From NCBI GenBank assembly GCA_036264885.1, contig DATAQC010000047.1, positions 2,105-66,104 on the forward strand: 64,000 bases of DNA, read 5' to 3'. Both the position numbers and the translations under genes were made by a program. Positions 24,233 through 33,294 of this stretch are shown here, one piece after another. Positions within the stretch are counted from its first letter, which is position 1; the number at the start of each line of letters is the position of its first letter. The notes beneath the pieces are model-generated. The model saw only the letters and a list, made by a program, of their open reading frames with translations. It was not told the DNA's origin and did not search any database. Source of the DNA: Acidimicrobiales bacterium. Lineage in GTDB: Bacteria; Actinomycetota; Acidimicrobiia; Acidimicrobiales; AC-14.

Positions 24233-25240
24233 GTGAGCAGGACGCACAGACGGGTGCGCCTCGGCGTCATCCTCGCTCTGGCCGCCCTGGCGGTAGCCGC
24301 CTGTTCGTCGAACGCTCCCCAGACCACGCTCGACCCCCAGGGCCCGAACGCCCGCACCATCAGCCACCTCATCAACCCGGTGTTCTGGGTGGCAGGCGTC
24401 GTCTTCGTCCTGGTCGAGGGCATGGCGATCATCTTCGTCATCAAGTACCGCGACCGGGGCGATTCCCAGGAACCGGTGCAGATCCACGGCAACAGCCGCC
24501 TGGAGGTGGGCTGGACCCTCATCCCCGCCGCCATCCTGGTAGCCGTGGCCATCCCCACCATCGCCACCATATTCAAGCTGTCGAAGAAGCCTGCCCATGC
24601 CATCAACGTCACGGTGACGGCCCACCAGTGGTGGTGGGAGTACAACTACCCCGATCTGGGCGTGGTGACGGCCAACGAACTGCACATGCCGGTGAAGCAG
24701 CCGCTGGAGATCACCCTCATCGGTGCCGACGTGATCCACAGCTTCTGGGTGCCGGCGCTGGCGGGCAAGCAGGACGTGGTCCCGGGGCGGGTCAACCACA
24801 TGAACATGACCGGCGACAAGGTGGGCACCTTCCTCGGCCAGTGCACCGAGTTCTGCGGCTCCAGCCACGCCAACATGCGCCTGAAGGCGATGGTCCAGAC
24901 CCCTCAGGACTTCCAGTCGTGGGTCGCCAGCCAGCGCCAGGCGGCCGCCACTCCGACCGGCGGCTCTCCGGCCGACGAGGGCCTCACCCTGTTCACATCG
25001 AAGGGCTGCTCCGGCTGCCACACCGTGCAGGGTGTGTCGGACGGCAAGGTCGGTCCCAACCTCACCCACCTCCAGAGCCGCACCAGCTTCGCCGGCGCCA
25101 TCTTCACCATGAACCCGGACAACCTGAGCACCTGGCTGAAGAACCCGCCGGGCGTGAAACCCGGTTCCAAGATGCCCAATCTCAACCTGAGCGGCGACGA
25201 GATCTCCAAGCTCGTCGCCTACCTCGAGACCCTCAAGTGA
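24233..25240 (+). CDS. ctaC: Cytochrome c oxidase subunit II with fused C-terminal cytochrome c domain (caa3-type), lipoprotein
   Basis: Lipobox LAVAACSS. CuA site HSFWVP...CTEFCGSSHANM. C-terminal heme c site GCSGCH with a downstream KMPN. Confidence 0.9.
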   Translation: MSRTHRRVRLGVILALAALAVAACSSNAPQTTLDPQGPNARTISHLINPVFWVAGVVFVLVEGMAIIFVIKYRDRGDSQEPVQIHGNSRLEVGWTLIPAAILVAVAIPTIATIFKLSKKPAHAINVTVTAHQWWWEYNYPDLGVVTANELHMPVKQPLEITLIGADVIHSFWVPALAGKQDVVPGRVNHMNMTGDKVGTFLGQCTEFCGSSHANMRLKAMVQTPQDFQSWVASQRQAAATPTGGSPADEGLTLFTSKGCSGCHTVQGVSDGKVGPNLTHLQSRTSFAGAIFTMNPDNLSTWLKNPPGVKPGSKMPNLNLSGDEISKLVAYLETLK

Positions 25241-25277
25241 TCTGCGACGCCGCGTTGACCGTCGAAGGAAGCCGCTG

Positions 25278-27455
25278 ATGACCATCGTCACCGATCCCCC
25301 CGCTCGCCCCCCGGTCGCCACACCGCCGGACCAGCCCATCCGGCTGCTCCGCCGGCCCACCGGTTACACCAAGGGCATCTGGTCCTGGGTGACCACCGTC
25401 GATCACAAGAAGATCGGCATCATGTACGGAGTCACCGCCTTCGTCTTCTTCCTGCTGGGCGGCATCGAGGCCCTGATGCTGCGCATCCAGCTGGGCTCGC
25501 CGAACAACACGTTCCTCAGTGCCGACACCTACAACCAGGTGTTCACCATGCACGGCACGACCATGATCTTCCTGTTCGTGATGCCGCTGTCGGCGGCGTT
25601 CGCCAACTACCTGATCCCGATACAGATCGGGGCGAGAGACGTGGCCTTCCCCCGCCTCAATGCCTTCGGGTACTGGGTCTTTCTCGTCGGTGGGCTGTTC
25701 ATGTACTCCAGCTTCATCCTGGGCGGCGCCCCCAACGGCGGGTGGTTCGGCTACGCCCCCAACACCCTCAAGCTCTACAACCCGGGCCACAACATCGACT
25801 TCTGGGTGTTCGGCCTGCAGATCCTCGGCATCGCCTCGCTCACCGGCGCGGTGAACCTGATCGTCACCGCCATCAACATGCGGGCGCCGGGCATGAGCCT
25901 GTTCCGCATGCCCATCTTCACCTGGATGTCGCTGGTGGCCCAGTTCCTGCTGCTGTTCGCCATCCCGGTCATCACGGTGGCGCTGTTCCTGCTCATGTTC
26001 GACCGCACCTTCGGGGCCAACTTCTTCAACGCCCAGGCAGGATCAGACCCACTTCTGTGGCAGCACCTCTTCTGGCTCTTCGGCCATCCGGAGGTCTACA
26101 TCCTCATCTTGCCAGCCATGGGGATCGTCTCAGAGGTGATCCCTGTCTTCGCTCGCAAGCCCCTGTTCGGCTACCAGGTGATGGTGTTCTCGGGCATCGC
26201 CATCGGCTTCATGGGCTGGGGCGTGTGGGCCCACCACATGTTCGCCACCGGCCTGGGCCCGGTGGCCACCTCGGCCTTCAGCGCCTCCACCATGTTCATC
26301 GCCGTCCCCACCGGGGTGAAGATCTTCAACTGGCTGGCCACCATGTGGCGGGGCAAGATCAAGACGAACGCGCCCATGCTCTTCGCCGTGGGCTTCGTGG
26401 CCATGTTCACCATCGGTGGGCTGTCGGGCGTGACCCACGGCGTGGTGCCCGCTGACACCCAGCAGACCGACACCTACTACGTGGTGGCCCACTTCCACTA
26501 CGTGCTGTTCGGTGGGAGCGTCTTCGGCCTGTTCGCCGGGATCTTCTACTGGTACCCCAAAGTGGTCGGCCACATGCTGTCCGACACGTTGGGCAAGATC
26601 CAGTTCTGGCTGTTCCTCATTGGGTTCAACATGACCTTCGGGCCCTTCCACATCCTGGGCCTCGAGGGCATGCCCCGGCGCATCTACACCTACCCGTCCC
26701 ACCGGGGCTGGGACTTTTGGAACATGATCTCCACCATCGGCTCCTTCGTCATCGCCGCCGCCGTCCTGCTGTTCATCTACAACGTGTGGAGCTCGAGGAA
26801 GAACCCCAAGGTCGGCAACGACCCGTGGGACGCCCGCACCCTGGAGTGGAGCATCCCGTCGCCGCCGCCGGAGTACAACTTCGCCGAGGTCCCGCTGGTC
26901 ACCGCCCGCGACGACCTGTGGCACCGCAAGTACACCGAGGACGAGAACGGACGCACCATTCCGCGCCATCCCGCCGACGCCCCCGCTGAAGCGGAGACCG
27001 AGGCGGTGGTGCGCGCCGCCGTCACCGACGACCCGTCCGGCGACGGCGACGGGTCCGGAGCCGATGCCAACCAAGGTGACGCCGCCCACGACGGCGACGC
27101 CCACGACGGCGACCCCGCCCGCGACGGTGACGCCCGCGACGGTGACGGTGACAGCCACGACGGCGACGCCGGCGGCCACGAGGAGCACGAGCCGCACGTC
27201 CACATGCCCTCCCCCTCGTACTGGCCCGCCTTCAGCTCGATCGGCCTGGCCGTCATTTCCTACGGGATGATCTACCGGGTGTGGGTCGTGGCCATCCTCG
27301 GCGGCCTGTGGGTGCTCGGCGGGCTCTACGCCTGGAGCCTGGAGCCGGCCACCGCCCCCGAAGAGCCCGAGCTCGACACCGAGCCGTCCACCGACCTCGA
27401 ACCCGTAGGCGTGGGGCCCGCAGGCACCGCCGCCGGCAGCGGGGGGTCGGACTGA
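25278..27455 (+). CDS. ctaD: Cytochrome c oxidase subunit I, with D/H-rich insertion and two extra C-terminal helices
   Basis: All canonical motifs are present: TMHG, WLFGHPEVYILILP, VWAHHMF and VVAHFHYVLFGG. A ~190-aa C-terminal extension contains PSPSYWP plus 2 TM helices, resembling the N-terminal helices of Cox3. Confidence 0.92.
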   Translation: MTIVTDPPARPPVATPPDQPIRLLRRPTGYTKGIWSWVTTVDHKKIGIMYGVTAFVFFLLGGIEALMLRIQLGSPNNTFLSADTYNQVFTMHGTTMIFLFVMPLSAAFANYLIPIQIGARDVAFPRLNAFGYWVFLVGGLFMYSSFILGGAPNGGWFGYAPNTLKLYNPGHNIDFWVFGLQILGIASLTGAVNLIVTAINMRAPGMSLFRMPIFTWMSLVAQFLLLFAIPVITVALFLLMFDRTFGANFFNAQAGSDPLLWQHLFWLFGHPEVYILILPAMGIVSEVIPVFARKPLFGYQVMVFSGIAIGFMGWGVWAHHMFATGLGPVATSAFSASTMFIAVPTGVKIFNWLATMWRGKIKTNAPMLFAVGFVAMFTIGGLSGVTHGVVPADTQQTDTYYVVAHFHYVLFGGSVFGLFAGIFYWYPKVVGHMLSDTLGKIQFWLFLIGFNMTFGPFHILGLEGMPRRIYTYPSHRGWDFWNMISTIGSFVIAAAVLLFIYNVWSSRKNPKVGNDPWDARTLEWSIPSPPPEYNFAEVPLVTARDDLWHRKYTEDENGRTIPRHPADAPAEAETEAVVRAAVTDDPSGDGDGSGADANQGDAAHDGDAHDGDPARDGDARDGDGDSHDGDAGGHEEHEPHVHMPSPSYWPAFSSIGLAVISYGMIYRVWVVAILGGLWVLGGLYAWSLEPATAPEEPELDTEPSTDLEPVGVGPAGTAAGSGGSD

Positions 27456-28084
27456 TGGTCGTCACCGCCAGCGAGGGCAGCCACACCGAGGACCCCGCCA
27501 TCCCCGAGGGCCACCCGCCCACGGCCACCGGGCTCAGCAACGAGAAGGTGGCGATGTGGGCCTTCCTGGGCTCGGAGTGCCTGCTCTTCGGTGCCCTCAT
27601 CTCGGTGTACCTGCTCTTCAAGGGCCAGAGCCAGCCCAACACCATCACCCCCAAGAACGTCTACGACATCCCCTTCACATCGGTCAGCTCGTTCGTGCTG
27701 CTGATGAGCTCGCTCACCATGGTGCTGGCCCTGGCCGCCATCCAACGGGGAGACCACCGCCGCCTGCGGATCTGGGTGCTCACCACCGCCCTGCTGGGGG
27801 CCACCTTCGTGGCGGGCCAGATGTACGAGTTCACCACCTTCTACAGCAAGGGCCTGAAGATCTCCACCAACCTGTTCGGGAGCAGCTTCTTCGTGCTCAC
27901 CGGCTTCCACGGGGCCCACGTCACCCTCGGCATCCTCATGCTCCTGACGCTGTGGAACCTGTCGGTGCGGGGGAAGCTCCCGGCCAACCGATCCGAGACG
28001 GTCGAACTGGTGGGCCTGTACTGGCACTTCGTCGATATCGTGTGGATCATCATCTTCACACTCGTCTACCTCATCCCGTCCTGA
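27455..28084 (+). CDS. ctaE: Cytochrome c oxidase subunit III (5-TM form)
   Basis: Contains GSECLLFGALI, GFHGAHV and LYWHFVDIVWI. The start overlaps the ctaD stop (TGATG). I trimmed it from track ORF 27281..28084. Confidence 0.88.
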   Translation: MVVTASEGSHTEDPAIPEGHPPTATGLSNEKVAMWAFLGSECLLFGALISVYLLFKGQSQPNTITPKNVYDIPFTSVSSFVLLMSSLTMVLALAAIQRGDHRRLRIWVLTTALLGATFVAGQMYEFTTFYSKGLKISTNLFGSSFFVLTGFHGAHVTLGILMLLTLWNLSVRGKLPANRSETVELVGLYWHFVDIVWIIIFTLVYLIPS

Positions 28085-28455
28085 TGGCCACTGAAGCCGA
28101 GATCGAAGAGACCGCCTTCCCCGACGGCGGCGCCGTCGTCGCTCACGCCACCGACGAGGCGGGCGCGCCGCACCCCCACAAGCACCCCACCGAGGGCCAG
28201 TACGTCCTCATCGCCCTGTTGCTCGCCGCCATCACCGGCGTCGAGGTGGCGGTCTATTACATCTCCGCGCTGGGAGACCTGCTGGTCCCCCTCCTGCTGC
28301 TCTTCGCCATCGTCAAGTTCAGCGTGGTGGTGGCCTTCTTCATGCACCTGCGCTTCGACAGCCGCCTGTTCCGCCGACTGTTCGTTCTCGGCCTGGGCCT
28401 GGCCATATTCGTGTTCACCGTCGTGTTGACCACCTTCCACTTCTGGTCCCGGTGA
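28084..28455 (+). CDS. ctaF: Cytochrome c oxidase subunit IV (prokaryotic COX4/CyoD-like)
   Basis: 123 aa with 3 TM helices. Contains KFS.VV.FFMHLRFD. The start overlaps the ctaE stop (TGATG). Confidence 0.75.
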   Translation: MATEAEIEETAFPDGGAVVAHATDEAGAPHPHKHPTEGQYVLIALLLAAITGVEVAVYYISALGDLLVPLLLLFAIVKFSVVVAFFMHLRFDSRLFRRLFVLGLGLAIFVFTVVLTTFHFWSR

Positions 28456-28456
28456 C

Positions 28457-29419
28457 ATGACCGGCGCGCTGGCCGCCGTGAGCTTTCCCGGGTGGCACGC
28501 CCACCCCGACGTCTGGGCCCTGCTGGGCGGCGTCCTGGCCGGTTACCTGTTGGCCGTCCGTGCCGGACGGGCCCGGGGATCGGTCACCACAGCCCGGCAG
28601 GTGGCCCTGTTCTGCTCGGGCGTGGCCGTGTTGTGGGTGGGATCGGACTGGCCCGTGCACGACCTGGCCGAGGGGTACCTCTACAGCTTCCACATGGTGC
28701 AGCACCTCTTGTTCACCCTGGTGGCCGCCCCCCTGCTGTTGCTGGGGACGCCGGCCTGGATGGGGCGCCGGCTCCTCGGTGTGGGGGCGGCCGGGGAGCC
28801 GTCCAGCCGCCGCCTCCCCGTGGTGAGATGGCTGGCCCGGCCCGTGCCCGGGCTCATCCAGTTCAACCTGGTGCTGGTGCTGAGCCACTGGCCGGCGGTG
28901 GTCGAGGCCACCCTGGTACACCACCCGTTGCACTTCGTGGCCCACGCCCTGCTCCTGGTGTCGGCCCTGCTCATGTGGATGCCTGTCGCCAGCACCGTTC
29001 CCGAGGTCCCTCGGGCCCGGCCGCCCACCCAGATGCTCTACCTGTTCCTCCAGACGATCATCCCCACCGTTCCCGCGTCGTTCCTGACCTTCGGGGACAA
29101 ACCGCTCTACCACATCTACGAGACCTTCCCCCGGCTGTGGGGCGTGGGGGCTCTCACCGACCAGCAGGTGGCCGGCCTGATCATGAAGCTGGCCGGCGGC
29201 TTCTACCTGTGGACGGTCATCGCCGTGATCTTCTTCCGCTGGTACCAGCGTGAGGAAGCCGAGAACGCCTCCGGCCCCGGGCCTCCCGGCCGCCCGGCCG
29301 AGCCGCCGCCCAAGGCCGACGACGACGTCCTTCTCTGGGCCGACGTGGAACAGGAGTTGCGCCGACTCGACGCACCCTCGGGGGGCTCTGCCCCCCGAGT
29401 CCCCCCTGAAGTCAACTAG
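28457..29419 (+). CDS. ctaG: Cytochrome c oxidase assembly factor CtaG (Bacillus caa3_CtaG type)
   Basis: Polytopic protein. Contains the SFHMVQHLLFTLVAAPLLLLGTP motif. It starts 1 nt after the ctaF stop. Confidence 0.8.
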   Translation: MTGALAAVSFPGWHAHPDVWALLGGVLAGYLLAVRAGRARGSVTTARQVALFCSGVAVLWVGSDWPVHDLAEGYLYSFHMVQHLLFTLVAAPLLLLGTPAWMGRRLLGVGAAGEPSSRRLPVVRWLARPVPGLIQFNLVLVLSHWPAVVEATLVHHPLHFVAHALLLVSALLMWMPVASTVPEVPRARPPTQMLYLFLQTIIPTVPASFLTFGDKPLYHIYETFPRLWGVGALTDQQVAGLIMKLAGGFYLWTVIAVIFFRWYQREEAENASGPGPPGRPAEPPPKADDDVLLWADVEQELRRLDAPSGGSAPRVPPEVN

Positions 29420-29568
29420 CGCTCGGGGCTGCCGGCGGACGGGTCAGGTGCCCCGGCCGGTGCGCTCCTGCAACTCGTCGATGCGCTTGGCCATCGAACA
29501 CCTATTCGTCCCAGGACTTCGACCATCGGGCTGGCAAAGCCCCCCGACTGTGCGGCTACCGTGCCCCA

Positions 29569-30852
29569 ATGCTCGACCTCAGGCGACTCCGCACAGATCT
29601 GGACGCGGTCATGGCCGGGTTGGCCCGCCGGGGCCTCGACCTCGGCGACATCGAACGGGCGGCCGCCCTCGAGGCCCGGCACCGGGCCCTGAGCACCCGG
29701 GCCAACGAGCTGCGGGCGGCGGTGCGGGTTCTGTCGGGCGAGGTGGGCAAGGCCAAGAAGGCGGGCGACGTCACCGGGGCCGAGGCCAAGGCGGCGGACA
29801 GCCGGGCCCTGGGCGCCGAGGAGAAGACAGTGTCGGCGGAGGCCGACGTGGTGGCCGGCGAGCTCCGCCAGCTCCTGTTGCACACCCCCAACCTGCCTGC
29901 CGACGACTGCCCGGATGGCGCCGGGGCCGACGACAACGTGGTGGTCCGGGTGGAGGGCTTCGACGCCGGCGCCTACGCCGACCACCAACGGGTACCCCAC
30001 TGGGACGTGGGCTCGGCTCTGGGAATCCTCGACCTGGAGCGGGGAGCCAAGCTCTCCGGCTCGATGTTCCCCGTGTACCGGGGGGCGGGGGCCACCCTGA
30101 CCAGGGCCCTGTGCCAGCTGGCCCTCGACCTCAACGCCGACGCCTTCGAGGAGATACGGCCTCCCACCCTGGTGCGCACCGAGACGATGCTGTCCACCGG
30201 CCACCTCCCCAAGTTCGCCGACGACGCCTATCACCTCGAGCGCGACGACCTGTGGGCCATCCCCACCGCCGAGGTACCGCTGACATCGCTCGGTCGCGAC
30301 GAGCTGTTCGACGAGGCCGACCTGCCCGTGCGGCTCATGGCTCACACCTCGTGCTTCCGCCGGGAGGCCGGTTCGGCCGGCCGCGACACCAGGGGGCTGC
30401 TACGGGTCCACGAGTTCGACAAGGTCGAGATCCTCGCCTATGCCACTCCCGAGCAGGCGGCAGCCGTCCACGCCGATCTCCTGCGCCGGGCCGAGGCTCC
30501 CCTGCGGGCCCTGGGGCTGGCCTACCGGGTCGTCGACCTGTGCGCCGGCGACCTGGGGGCGTCGGCGGCCCGGACGTTCGACCTGGAGGTGTACGCACCA
30601 GGGTGCGACCTGTGGCTGGAGGCGTCTTCGGTGTCGTGGTTCACCGACTACCAGGCCCGCCGGGCCAACATCCGCTTCCGGCGGGCGAGCGGCGGTACCA
30701 GCCACGTCCACACGTTGAACGGCTCGGCGCTGGCCGTACCCCGGGTGTGGGCGGCGGTGGTGGAGACCTGGCGCCGGCCCGACGGGACGGTCGAGGTTCC
30801 CGAGGTGCTGTGGCCCTACCTGCGGGGCGCCACCGTCATCGGGGGACGGTAG
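29569..30852 (+). CDS. serS: Seryl-tRNA synthetase
   Basis: 427 aa. An N-terminal coiled-coil arm is followed by a class II core with FRREAGS.GRDTRGL.R.HEF.KVE. Confidence 0.92.
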   Translation: MLDLRRLRTDLDAVMAGLARRGLDLGDIERAAALEARHRALSTRANELRAAVRVLSGEVGKAKKAGDVTGAEAKAADSRALGAEEKTVSAEADVVAGELRQLLLHTPNLPADDCPDGAGADDNVVVRVEGFDAGAYADHQRVPHWDVGSALGILDLERGAKLSGSMFPVYRGAGATLTRALCQLALDLNADAFEEIRPPTLVRTETMLSTGHLPKFADDAYHLERDDLWAIPTAEVPLTSLGRDELFDEADLPVRLMAHTSCFRREAGSAGRDTRGLLRVHEFDKVEILAYATPEQAAAVHADLLRRAEAPLRALGLAYRVVDLCAGDLGASAARTFDLEVYAPGCDLWLEASSVSWFTDYQARRANIRFRRASGGTSHVHTLNGSALAVPRVWAAVVETWRRPDGTVEVPEVLWPYLRGATVIGGR

Positions 30853-30862
30853 GTTCGGGCGG

Positions 30863-30997
30863 GTGACCGGGGCGCAGACGGTGTTCGTGATCGCCCTGAG
30901 CGTCATCGCCGTGATCATCGGCGCATTCGCCGTCTACGTGGCCAGCTCCACCATGTGGGCCGACCGGTGGTACGACAGGCGGGGACGCCGGCGATGA
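30863..30997 (+). CDS. Small hydrophobic peptide (44 aa), hypothetical
   Basis: Not in the ORF track because it is under 60 aa. A GTG start gives VTGAQTVFVIALSVIAVIIGAFAVYVASSTMWADRWYDRRGRRR. GC3 is high. Its stop overlaps the sdhC ATG (ATGA at 30994-30997). Confidence 0.35.
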   Translation: MTGAQTVFVIALSVIAVIIGAFAVYVASSTMWADRWYDRRGRRR

Positions 30998-31428
30998 GCG
31001 TCACGGATGGCCGGCCTCCCGCCCGACCGGTTGGGCCCGAGCGGTCGCACGAGCGCAGTCCCGGGCGCCGGCCCTACCGGGGAAGGACCGGCCAGTGGGC
31101 CTTCGTCGGTCACCGGGTCAGTGGGTTCCTGGTGTTCTTCTTCCTCCTGCTGCACATCGTCGACGTCTCCCTGGTGCGCTGGCCGGCGACCTATGACGAC
31201 GTCCACGCCGTGTACGGCAATGTGGTCCTGCGTCTGTTCGAGGTGGGCCTGCTGTTCGCCCTCGTGTTCCATTCCCTCAACGGGCTGCGCATCGTGGCCG
31301 TCGACTTCTTCCCCGGAGCGGTCAAGAACGAGCGCCGGCTGCTGAGCGCGGTGGTGGTCATGACCCTGCTCCTCGGCATCCCCGGGGCGTGGATGATCAT
31401 GCTCCCGTTCGTGCGAGGCCACTTTTGA
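30994..31428 (+). CDS. sdhC: Succinate dehydrogenase cytochrome b subunit
   Basis: Contains WAFVGHRVSGFLVFFFLLLHIVD and HSLNGLRI, the heme-ligand His context. I chose the start at the ATG coupled to the upstream small ORF; the track start at 30955 is an alternative. Confidence 0.8.
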   Translation: MSVTDGRPPARPVGPERSHERSPGRRPYRGRTGQWAFVGHRVSGFLVFFFLLLHIVDVSLVRWPATYDDVHAVYGNVVLRLFEVGLLFALVFHSLNGLRIVAVDFFPGAVKNERRLLSAVVVMTLLLGIPGAWMIMLPFVRGHF

Positions 31429-31823
31429 GCCCCGTCCGCTCCGAGCGGGCCGACGCACTCCAGGCGCGAGCTACTTCGCCCCGGCGCCGGCGCAGCTTCG
31501 AGACGTGGTCGTGGTTCTTCATGCGCCTGTCGGGGCTGGCCCTGGTGTTCCTGGCCCTGATCCACTTCACCATCACCCATATCGCCAACGACGTGGTGAC
31601 CACCAACCACGCCTTCGTGGCCGAGCGTTGGGACAACCCGCTGTGGCGCCTATTCGACTGGTCACTGCTGGCCCTGGCCCTGGCTCACGGGCTCACCGGC
31701 CTGCGCCGCATCATCCACGACTACGTGCGGCGCCCGGCGATGCGACGGATGGCCCTGATCGCCATGGTGGGCGTCAGCGGAGCTCTGTTCGCCTGGGGCA
31801 CGTTCACCATCGTCACGTTCTGA
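31425..31823 (+). CDS. sdhD: Succinate dehydrogenase hydrophobic membrane anchor subunit
   Basis: FETWSWFFMRLSGLALVFLALIHF...W.NPLWRLFDWSLL.LAL.HGL.GLR.II.DY resembles actinobacterial SdhD. The start is uncertain: TTG at 31425 overlapping the sdhC stop, or ATG at 31389. Confidence 0.75.
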   Translation: MSPVRSERADALQARATSPRRRRSFETWSWFFMRLSGLALVFLALIHFTITHIANDVVTTNHAFVAERWDNPLWRLFDWSLLALALAHGLTGLRRIIHDYVRRPAMRRMALIAMVGVSGALFAWGTFTIVTF

Positions 31824-31835
31824 GCGCGGCCGGTG

Positions 31836-32249
31836 TCAGCGCTCGCGGGGGGACTGGAGACGCAGCAGCACCTCGGCGTCGTCCTCGGAGGCCTCCGGGC
31901 CGTACCCGAGGACGGCAGTCGCCCGGGTGGCGCACAGGGGACAGGTGAGGGCCACCACCGCGAGCATGTCGTCGGGGTCCGACGCTCCCTCGGTGCGGCG
32001 CAGGAACTCCACCTCGACGTCGGACACGTCGCTCTGGCGGTGGCAGGTGAAGCACAGCAGACACCCCCCGGGTCGGGCGGCCATCTGGCCGGTGTAGCCC
32101 TGCTTCTCCAGCAGGGACATGACCTCGGCCAGGTTGGGCGCGTTCTCGTTGGCGGCGGCGTCGTCGATGGGGCCGACCTTAGGGTCAGTGTGGTGCCCGG
32201 AGCCACCTGCGGCTCGTTTCCCGGCACTGGTTGGCGGGTAGCCCTCCAA
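31836..32249 (-). CDS. Hypothetical zinc-ribbon-like protein (two Cys pairs)
   Basis: 137-aa ORF with CLLCFTC and CPLC pairs. I recognise no family and the start is uncertain. Confidence 0.5.
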   Translation of the reverse strand: MEGYPPTSAGKRAAGGSGHHTDPKVGPIDDAAANENAPNLAEVMSLLEKQGYTGQMAARPGGCLLCFTCHRQSDVSDVEVEFLRRTEGASDPDDMLAVVALTCPLCATRATAVLGYGPEASEDDAEVLLRLQSPRER

Positions 32250-32273
32250 GGTTCAGCAAAGGAGGCCCCCGAC

Positions 32274-32858
32274 GTGAAACATCTGGCCGAGCACAACGTG
32301 GTGGCGACGTTCCCCGACATGGAGGCGGCCCGCGGCGCGGTTGACGCCCTGACCACCGCGGGCATCGAATCCGAGGACATGTCGCTGCTGGGGCGCGCCG
32401 TCGAAGAGGCCCGCAACGACAGCGACACGCGCCTGCGGGACATGGAGGCCACCGGGGAGATCGCCAAGCGGGCGGGTGCCGGTATAGCTGCGGGGAGCGC
32501 CCTCGGCGCCCTGGCCGGTGTGGCCGCCTTCGCCATTCCCGGCGTGGGCCCGGTGGTCGGTTCGGGCATCCTGGCGGCCGTCGTGGGCGGCTCGGTGGCG
32601 GGGGGCAGCGTGGGAGGGATGGTCGGTGGGGTGGCCGGGGTCAGCCTGGAGGACGACTGGGACCTCACCTTCCACGACTCGATCCGGGCGGGCCGGGTGT
32701 TGGTGGCCGTGCACGCCGCGGCCAAGGAGGATGTCGACAAGGCGGCAAAGGTCCTCGAGGGCAAGCACCCCGACCGTGTGGACTGGCTCGGCCCCGACGG
32801 CAAGAAGCTGTCCGACGACGCGGACGATGGGGGAGCGGGCGGGGACACGCAGGCCTGA
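32274..32858 (+). CDS. Glycine-zipper membrane or stress protein (YflT/DUF1269-like)
   Basis: The GTG start is preceded by a strong AAAGGAGG Shine-Dalgarno sequence at 32258-32265. A Gly-rich zipper GAGIAAGSALGALAGVAAFAIPGVGPVVGSGILAAVVGG sits between two small alpha/beta-like domains. Confidence 0.65.
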   Translation: MKHLAEHNVVATFPDMEAARGAVDALTTAGIESEDMSLLGRAVEEARNDSDTRLRDMEATGEIAKRAGAGIAAGSALGALAGVAAFAIPGVGPVVGSGILAAVVGGSVAGGSVGGMVGGVAGVSLEDDWDLTFHDSIRAGRVLVAVHAAAKEDVDKAAKVLEGKHPDRVDWLGPDGKKLSDDADDGGAGGDTQA

Positions 32859-32899
32859 GCCGGCGCCGCCGGCGCGCCGGGGCTGACGCCTGTTCGGCT

Positions 32900-33196
32900 C
32901 TACCGCCCGACCACCGGGTCGTCGGGTGCCGACCGCTTCCTGACGACTTCCCCCACGGTTGGGGCCAGGACATCGGCGTGGGGTTGGCCGTCGTCCGACG
33001 GCGCGGTCGGTGCGTCGCCGAGGATGGCGGCCTCGGCGCTGGCCGCCAGCTCGGCCTGGATGGCGGCGATCTGGGACTCGAGGCGGGCCGCCTCGTCGGG
33101 CCGGTACTGGGTCCGGGCCAGGTGCTGTTGCTCGACCAGCTCGACGAGCTGCAGCTCGAGGCCCACGACGTGGTCTTCGAGACGAGGATCGGACAT
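32900..33196 (-). CDS. Hypothetical coiled-coil protein (98 aa)
   Basis: ATG at 33196. The frame has high GC3. A heptad-like segment reads LELQLVELVEQQHLARTQY...LESQIAAIQAELAA. I trimmed it from the 517-aa track ORF. Confidence 0.45.
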   Translation of the reverse strand: MSDPRLEDHVVGLELQLVELVEQQHLARTQYRPDEAARLESQIAAIQAELAASAEAAILGDAPTAPSDDGQPHADVLAPTVGEVVRKRSAPDDPVVGR

Positions 33197-33294
33197 GTCC
33201 GAGTTCTCCCCCCTCCCAGCGGCGGCTAAGCATCGGTGTCGGGTCAGGCCTAGTCTTGCCCGGGCCGCAAAAACCGCCCTTCGAGGAGGCAGCG

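Noticed and set aside
29420-29568. Leader upstream of serS as a T-box or other riboswitch
   Set aside because: I could not find a specifier-loop or T-box motif or any conserved riboswitch core by eye. A covariance-model scan would be needed.
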